A DNA stretch of 64,000 nt, taken from the NCBI GenBank assembly GCA_050916045.1, contig CP051526.1, positions 2,816,001 through 2,880,000 of the forward strand, written 5' to 3'. The stretch comes from Tepidisphaera sp. (lineage in GTDB: Bacteria; Planctomycetota; Phycisphaerae; Phycisphaerales; UBA1924). The position numbers were made by a program, and so were the translations under genes. A model generated the notes under the pieces. That model was given only the letters and a program-made list of their open reading frames with translations, did not search any database and had not been told where the DNA came from. Shown here one piece after another: positions 58,598 through 64,000 of this stretch (the first letter of the stretch is position 1; each line of letters starts with the position of its first letter).

Positions 58598-61168
58598 GTG
58601 CACACTACGCCCACGCGATTGCCCCACGCCGTCTCCCCCTTGCCCACCGACATCCCCGGGGTGGCGCAGCTCGCCGCGCTCGCGCTGGACATGCGCTGGT
58701 CATGGAACCACGCCTCCGACACGCTTTGGCGCACCCTCGACGCGACGCTCTGGGACCTTACGCAAAATCCTTGGGCCGTCCTGCAAGCCGTCTCTCGCGA
58801 CCGCCTGATCGCCACACTCTCCCAACCGGAGTTTCGCAAGGAGGTCGACGCCCTTACCGCCACTGCCGAACAGGGTGCCTCCGCGCCCGCGTGGTTTCAT
58901 ACGCATCATGCAACCTCGCCCCTCCGGACCGTCGCGTACTTCAGCATGGAGTTCATGCTCAGCGAAGCCCTGCCCATCTACTCCGGCGGCCTGGGCAATG
59001 TCGCGGGAGACCAACTCAAAGCCGCAAGCGATCTGGGCGTTCCCGTCGTCGGCATCGGTCTCCTCTATCAGCGGGGCTACTTCCGTCAGGAGATTGACCA
59101 CAACGGTGCGCAGCAGGCGCTCTATCCCTTTAACGATCCCGGCCAGCTTCCCATCACTCCCCTTCGCTTGCCGAGCGGCGAATGGCTCCGCCTCGAAGTC
59201 TCGCTCCCGGGCTACTCCGTGTGGCTCCGCACATGGCAGGTGCAAGTCGGGCGCGTACGGCTCTATTTGCTCGACAGCAACGACCCCGCCAACACGCCCG
59301 CGCATCGTGGCATCACCAGCGAGCTCTACGGCGGCGGGCCCGAAGTCCGCCTCAAGCAAGAACTCGTCCTAGGCCTCGGCGGCTGGCGACTGCTCACGGC
59401 GCTCGGTATCCAGCCCGATGTCTGCCACCTCAACGAAGGCCACGCCGCGTTCGCCGTGCTCGAACGCGCCCGCGCGTTCATGAAAGCCACGTCGCAGCCG
59501 TTCGACGTCGCCCTCGCCGCCACGCGCGCCGGCAACCTCTTCACGACGCACACCGCCGTCGCCGCGGGCTTTGATCGCTTCCCACCTGCTCTCATCGAGC
59601 AGTACCTCGGCCACTACGCCACCGAGAAGCTCGGCATCTCGCTCCACGATCTCCTCACCCTCGGCCGCGTCAATCCCCAAGACGCCAGCGAGCCCTTCAC
59701 CATGGCCTACCTCGCCGCCCGCGGCAGCGGCCGCATCAACGCCGTCAGCCGCTTGCACGGCGAGGTCAGCCGCGCACTCTTCGCTCCTCTCTTCCCACGC
59801 TGGCCCATCGCCGAGGTGCCCATCTCGCACGTGACCAACGGCGTCCACACGCCCACGTGGGATTCCGCCGGGGCCGACGACCTCTGGACCACGCACTGCG
59901 GCAAGCACCGCTGGCTGGGCAGCATGGGCTCTCTCGAAACCAACATCCGCGCCATCCCGCTCGAGCAACTCTGGCAGTGCCGCAACCACTCCCGCGCCGC
60001 GCTCGTCACCTTCGCCCGTGAGCGCCTCGCCCGTGAACTCGCCGCGGGCGGCGCATCCGCCGAAACCGTCGCTGCCGCGAAGCAGCAGTTCGATCCCAAA
60101 GTCTTGACGCTCGGCTTCGCCCGCCGCTTCGCCAGTTACAAACGTCCCAACCTGCTCCTGCACGACCCCGCGCGTCTGCTCCGCATCCTGACCAACACGC
60201 AGCACCCCGTGCAACTCATCATGGCCGGCAAAGCCCACCCCGCCGACCTCGAAGGCCAGGCCCTCATCCAGCAGTGGACGACGTTCATCCGCCAGCCGCA
60301 GGTCCGCCCGCACGCGATGTTCCTCGCCGACTACGACATGCACCTCACCATGCACCTGGTGCAGGGCGTCGACGTCTGGCTTAACACGCCGCGGCGTCCA
60401 TGGGAAGCCTGCGGCACCAGCGGTATGAAGGTGCTGGTCAACGGCGGCCTCAACTGCTCGGTCCTCGACGGCTGGTGGGCGGAAGGCTTCGACCCCGCGC
60501 TCGGCTGGGCCATCGAGGGCGGTGAAGTTCACTCCGCCACGCCCGAAGGCACGCGCGAGCAAGACGCCGCCGACGCCGAGCGGCTCTACACGCTCCTAGA
60601 ACGCGAGATCATCCCCGAGTTCTACAGCCGCGATGCCAGCGATGTGCCGCAGGCGTGGACCACCAAAGTCCGCGAGAGCATGGCGCGCCTCACGCCGCAG
60701 TTCTCCGCCAATCGCAGCGTGCGCGAGTACACCGAGCAGCACTACATCCCCGCCGCGGCGGCGTATCAGTCTCGCTCCGCAAACACCGGTGCGCTCGCCA
60801 AGCAACTCATTGAGCAGCAACACGCGCTCAACGCCGCGTGGCCCAACATTCACATCGGCCCCGTCACCATCGAAACCAAAGACAACACGCACACCTTCAC
60901 CGCAAGCATCAACCTCGCAGGCCTCGATCCCAGCGCCGTCACGGTCGAACTCTTCGCAAACGCCGCCACGCCCGGCGAAGCCCCAACACGCATCACAATG
61001 CAACGCGCCGCAACCGCCGCATCCGCAACCGCTACTCCCAACACCACCACCTACACCGCCCAAGCCCCCGCCATCCGCCCCGCAACCGACTCCACCATCC
61101 GCCTCACCCCGCACCACGCCGCCCTCGCCACCCCACTCGAAGACCGCCGCATTCTGTGGCAGCACTGA
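58598..61168 (+). CDS. glgP: Alpha-glucan (glycogen) phosphorylase
   Basis: AYFSMEF..YSGGLGNVAGD, HLNEGH, ARRFASYKR, EACGTSGMK. Confidence 0.97.
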   Translation: MHTTPTRLPHAVSPLPTDIPGVAQLAALALDMRWSWNHASDTLWRTLDATLWDLTQNPWAVLQAVSRDRLIATLSQPEFRKEVDALTATAEQGASAPAWFHTHHATSPLRTVAYFSMEFMLSEALPIYSGGLGNVAGDQLKAASDLGVPVVGIGLLYQRGYFRQEIDHNGAQQALYPFNDPGQLPITPLRLPSGEWLRLEVSLPGYSVWLRTWQVQVGRVRLYLLDSNDPANTPAHRGITSELYGGGPEVRLKQELVLGLGGWRLLTALGIQPDVCHLNEGHAAFAVLERARAFMKATSQPFDVALAATRAGNLFTTHTAVAAGFDRFPPALIEQYLGHYATEKLGISLHDLLTLGRVNPQDASEPFTMAYLAARGSGRINAVSRLHGEVSRALFAPLFPRWPIAEVPISHVTNGVHTPTWDSAGADDLWTTHCGKHRWLGSMGSLETNIRAIPLEQLWQCRNHSRAALVTFARERLARELAAGGASAETVAAAKQQFDPKVLTLGFARRFASYKRPNLLLHDPARLLRILTNTQHPVQLIMAGKAHPADLEGQALIQQWTTFIRQPQVRPHAMFLADYDMHLTMHLVQGVDVWLNTPRRPWEACGTSGMKVLVNGGLNCSVLDGWWAEGFDPALGWAIEGGEVHSATPEGTREQDAADAERLYTLLEREIIPEFYSRDASDVPQAWTTKVRESMARLTPQFSANRSVREYTEQHYIPAAAAYQSRSANTGALAKQLIEQQHALNAAWPNIHIGPVTIETKDNTHTFTASINLAGLDPSAVTVELFANAATPGEAPTRITMQRAATAASATATPNTTTYTAQAPAIRPATDSTIRLTPHHAALATPLEDRRILWQH

Positions 61169-61208
61169 GCGAGCCTGCCGCGCGGGCACGGACCCCGCCG
61201 CGTCAACC

Positions 61209-61418
61209 GTCGCGTCTGCCGATTCAGTTGTCGCGCTTGACGGCTCGCCCGTCGCGTGCGACGGCTGACCTGTCGCGTCCGCCGGTCCTTGCGGACGGCA
61301 CGCCAAGCCGCCTGTCGCGTGCGACTTGTGATTCGTCGCGTCCGCCGACTGAAGTAACGCGTCCGACGGGCCGATGATCGCGTCTGACGCCCCCCCCGTC
61401 GCGTCGCGGGCTTGGTGC
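61209..61418. repeat. Array of ten 21-bp units with conserved ~13-nt head (GTCGCGTSYGMCG) and variable 8-nt tail
   Basis: Units start at 61209, 61230, 61251, 61272, 61293 (degenerate), 61314, 61335, 61356, 61377 and 61398. Confidence 0.85.
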
Positions 61419-61474
61419 CCGGAACCATGTGGACGCACCGCGAGGGAGGGGGGGCGGCGTTTGGAGACCTGCAC

Positions 61475-62158
61475 ATGGCCCGCTCAGGCGAACATTACAT
61501 GCCCCGGCCCGATGGCGATTTCGCGGCGTGGGCGAATCATTACTACGACGCGGTGGAGAAGTGGTGGTCGGTCAACGGGTTTGACGAGTCCGAGTTGAAG
61601 CCGCTCAAGGATGCCCTCGCGCTGTGGGCGGCGGCATATCCCGCGCACGTCGCGGCCCAGCAGCGGGCCGAAGGCGCGCGGCAGGCCAAGGACGCGGCCC
61701 GCGCGGCGCTGGAGAAGCAAGTCCGGCCCGTGACCAACTTCGTGCAGGGGTACCCCAAGACGACCAACGCCGACCGCGCCGAGATGGGGATCACGGTGCG
61801 GGACACTTCGCCGACGCCCGCCCCCGCGCCGTCGTCGCGCCCGCTCGCGCTGGTCGAGAGCGGGCAGCGGCTCACGCACCAACTGCGGCTGGTGGATGAG
61901 TCCACGCCGACCCGCCGCGCGAGGCCCAAAGGCGTCCAGCGCGCCGAGGTCTTCGTCGCGCTCACGCCGCCGGGCAGCCCCGCGCCCGCGAACCCGAGTG
62001 ACTACCGCTACATCGGCAGCGTCACACGCGGCGAAACCACGCTGAGTTTCGAGTCGGACAAGGGCGGGATGCAGGCCCACTACCTCTCGCGCTGGGTGAG
62101 CACGAGCGGGGCGACCGGGCCGTGGAGCGAGACGGCGAGCGCGACGGTGGCGGCCTAG
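61475..62158 (+). CDS. Hypothetical protein: helical N-terminus plus FN3/Ig-like C-terminus
   Basis: GGAG RBS; C-terminal YLSRWVSTSGATGPWSETASATVAA resembles the end of an FN3 strand. Confidence 0.8.
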   Translation: MARSGEHYMPRPDGDFAAWANHYYDAVEKWWSVNGFDESELKPLKDALALWAAAYPAHVAAQQRAEGARQAKDAARAALEKQVRPVTNFVQGYPKTTNADRAEMGITVRDTSPTPAPAPSSRPLALVESGQRLTHQLRLVDESTPTRRARPKGVQRAEVFVALTPPGSPAPANPSDYRYIGSVTRGETTLSFESDKGGMQAHYLSRWVSTSGATGPWSETASATVAA

Positions 62159-62170
62159 GACGGTGCACCC

Positions 62171-62662
62171 GTGAGTACAGTTGTTCGGAGGTGCAGCGTG
62201 TCGACTGGCCCGAGCATTCAGAGCGTGGTGGACGAGCTCGCGATGCGGGGGATCAACCTGCCGGAGGGGCGGGTCTTTCTTGATCGCTTTGGCGACTCGC
62301 CGGAGCTTTCGCGCTCGCTTATCGCGCTCATCCGTGGCGGCGGCAAGCGCGCGGGGGCGAGCCTGCTGTGGAGCCACGAGCACGAGGGCGATCCGGTGCC
62401 GGCAGTGGGTGACATCGGGATTGTGCTCGACGACGCCGACGAGCCCGCGCTGGTGACGCGGGTGACGAGCGTCGATGTGTGCCCGTTTGATCAGGTCACG
62501 CCAGAGTTTGCCGCTCTTGAGGGCGAGGGGGATCTCTCGCTTTCGTGGTGGCGAAATGCCCACTGGCTCTTCTTCTCTCGCGAGTGCGCGGCCATCGGCC
62601 GCGCGCCCGACCAATCAATGCCCGTGGTGTGTGCGGCGTTCGAAGTGCTGCAGGTGCTGTAG
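62171..62662 (+). CDS. ASCH domain protein
   Basis: FGDSPEL..LIRGGGKRAGAS, FDQVTPEFAALEGEGDLSLSWWRNAHWLFF. Confidence 0.9.
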   Translation: MSTVVRRCSVSTGPSIQSVVDELAMRGINLPEGRVFLDRFGDSPELSRSLIALIRGGGKRAGASLLWSHEHEGDPVPAVGDIGIVLDDADEPALVTRVTSVDVCPFDQVTPEFAALEGEGDLSLSWWRNAHWLFFSRECAAIGRAPDQSMPVVCAAFEVLQVL

Positions 62663-62699
62663 ACCGCAAGTCAAACGGCGACGATCTGCCCGCGCACCT

Positions 62700-62872
62700 C
62701 GCACGATCCCGCTTTGCCATCATCTTCCGGTCGGTTCGGCCGAACGCCTTCACGCGCCGAGTTCAAGGCGGGCGAGGGCGGCAAAACCGCCGTCTACATG
62801 GCCCGCTGGGTCAACACACGCGGCGAAAAGGGTCCGTGGTCGGAGGTCACGACGGCGACGGTGGCGGCTTAG
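62700..62872 (+). pseudogene. Truncated paralogue of the 61475-62158 C-terminus
   Basis: AEFKAGEGGKTAVYMARWVNTRGEKGPWSEVTTATVAA* read by hand (62756-62872). Confidence 0.8.
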
Positions 62873-64000
62873 TTCTCCGCTGTCGCGTTGAAGGTCCACT
62901 CCGGGAACGGGTCGTCCATCCGCTTCCACTTCGCGGGGCCGAGGTTCATTTCGTCGTCGGTGAGGAGGCACGAATCGAGCAACAGGTGTTGCTCAGCGCG
63001 GTTGAGGCCAACGCCGATCATCACGATCTCCTGCCGCCGGTCGCCCCACGGCTCCTGCCAGTTCTTCTCGATCCACGCGCGGGTCTCGCTCGCGGCGTCA
63101 TCGCCGCTGGCATCTTCACCGCCGGGCCACTTGTCCTTGGGCGCGGCCGCCCACCACCGGCCCATCGGTTCCAGGCGAAACGAGCCGCCCGCCTGCTGCC
63201 ACAATCCGGCAAAGTCCTGCTTGGTGGCGAGCCAGCAGAACCCCTTCGAGCGCACGGTCTTCAGGAAGCCGCCGGAGATCAGGTCGTGCAGCCGCTGCGG
63301 GTGGAAGGGGCGGCGGGCGCGGTAGACGAACGAGCCGATGCCGTACTCCTCGGTCTCGGGAGTGTGTTCCTTGTTCAACTCGGCGAGCCATGCGGGGCTG
63401 CCCGATGCGGACTCGACATCGAAGCGGCCAGTATTCAGCACTTCGGCGAGCGGCAAGTGGCTATTGGTGGTGCGCAATATCTTGGCCTTGGGGTTGAGCG
63501 CGCGGATCGTGGCCTCGGTCTTGTTGATGCGGGCCTCGGGCGCGAGGTCGCACTTATTGAGCAGGATCACATCGGCAAACTCGACCTGATCGGTCAGCAG
63601 GTCGGCGATGGAGCGCTCGTCCCCGTCGCCCGCTTCCATCTTGAGATCCATCAGGTCCAGTTCGCTGTCGAAGTTGTCGAGAAACGTTGAGGCGTCCACG
63701 ACCGTGACCATCGTGTCGAGCCGCGAGAGCGTGCCCAGCGAGCGGCCCTCCTCGTCCTCGAAGGTAAAGGTCTGCGCGACCGGCAGCGGCTCGGAGATGC
63801 CGGTGGATTCGATGAGGAGATAGTCGAAGCGCTTCTCGCGGGCCAGGCGCGAGACTTCCTTGAGCAGGTCCTCGCGGAGGGTGCAGCAGATGCACCCGTT
63901 GGTCATCTCCACCATCTGCTCATCGACGCGATCGAGCACGACCTCGCCGACCTTGCCGCCGGTCTTGACCAGTTCGGCATCGATGTTGATCTCGCTCATG
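62869..64000 (-). CDS. COG0523 zinc-metallochaperone GTPase (CobW/ZigA/YciC-like), 5' end outside the window
   Basis: EMTNGCICCTLREDL, IESTGISEP, LNKCD, RPFHPQR, RSKGFCWLA. Confidence 0.95.
   Translation of the reverse strand, partial: MSEINIDAELVKTGGKVGEVVLDRVDEQMVEMTNGCICCTLREDLLKEVSRLAREKRFDYLLIESTGISEPLPVAQTFTFEDEEGRSLGTLSRLDTMVTVVDASTFLDNFDSELDLMDLKMEAGDGDERSIADLLTDQVEFADVILLNKCDLAPEARINKTEATIRALNPKAKILRTTNSHLPLAEVLNTGRFDVESASGSPAWLAELNKEHTPETEEYGIGSFVYRARRPFHPQRLHDLISGGFLKTVRSKGFCWLATKQDFAGLWQQAGGSFRLEPMGRWWAAAPKDKWPGGEDASGDDAASETRAWIEKNWQEPWGDRRQEIVMIGVGLNRAEQHLLLDSCLLTDDEMNLGPAKWKRMDDPFPEWTFNATAEN

Noticed and set aside
57170..61168. Strong C-rich skew in ackA-glgP versus G-rich skew at 40.5-46 kb
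   Set aside because: It follows codon third-position preference within ordinary genes. No independent evidence of a structural element, though it may reflect different origins of the blocks.
61209..61418. CRISPR interpretation of the array
   Set aside because: The 21-bp unit with an 8-nt variable part is far too short, the repeats are degenerate, and there are no cas genes in the window.
1..64000. tRNA, tmRNA or rRNA genes as an integration target
   Set aside because: No cloverleaf or T-loop context found by eye. A tRNAscan/Infernal run would be decisive.

Overview
GC-rich bacterial DNA, most likely Planctomycetota (Phycisphaerales-like). This is inferred from a GC-type dockerin-anchored kelch protein, a VPTPG variant of PEP-CTERM and a DUF6288/SASA fusion. 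About 0.4-26.8 kb is accessory DNA. It starts with a translationally coupled five-gene enzyme operon (GT4-radical SAM/SPASM fusion, WG-like repeat/P-loop kinase, nucleotidyltransferase-Cys phosphatase fusion, ParB-like protein, GT2-TPR). Divergent from it is a decaying DUF2924/large serine recombinase element with two toxin-antitoxin pairs and its own sigma-like gene. The element also has a phage AAA_24 ATPase fused in frame to an RHS-core/Hint/HNH-like toxin with a CxxC immunity gene, a Fic gene and several pseudogenes. About 26.9-37.2 kb is a complete kdp locus, including two unannotated small ORFs, plus a divergent frameshifted porin gene. About 40.5-61.2 kb is a co-oriented storage-carbon/stress cluster (GH13, RbbA-type efflux, PAS kinase/NarL regulator, Dps, TspO, phosphoketolase, acetate kinase, glucan phosphorylase) in which a 20-bp palindromic motif recurs. 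The window ends with a 21-bp-period conserved-head/variable-tail array upstream of an uncharacterised gene that has a truncated second copy, then an ASCH gene and a partial COG0523 GTPase. No tRNA, rRNA or CRISPR array was seen. All family calls come from reading motifs by eye, not from database searches.
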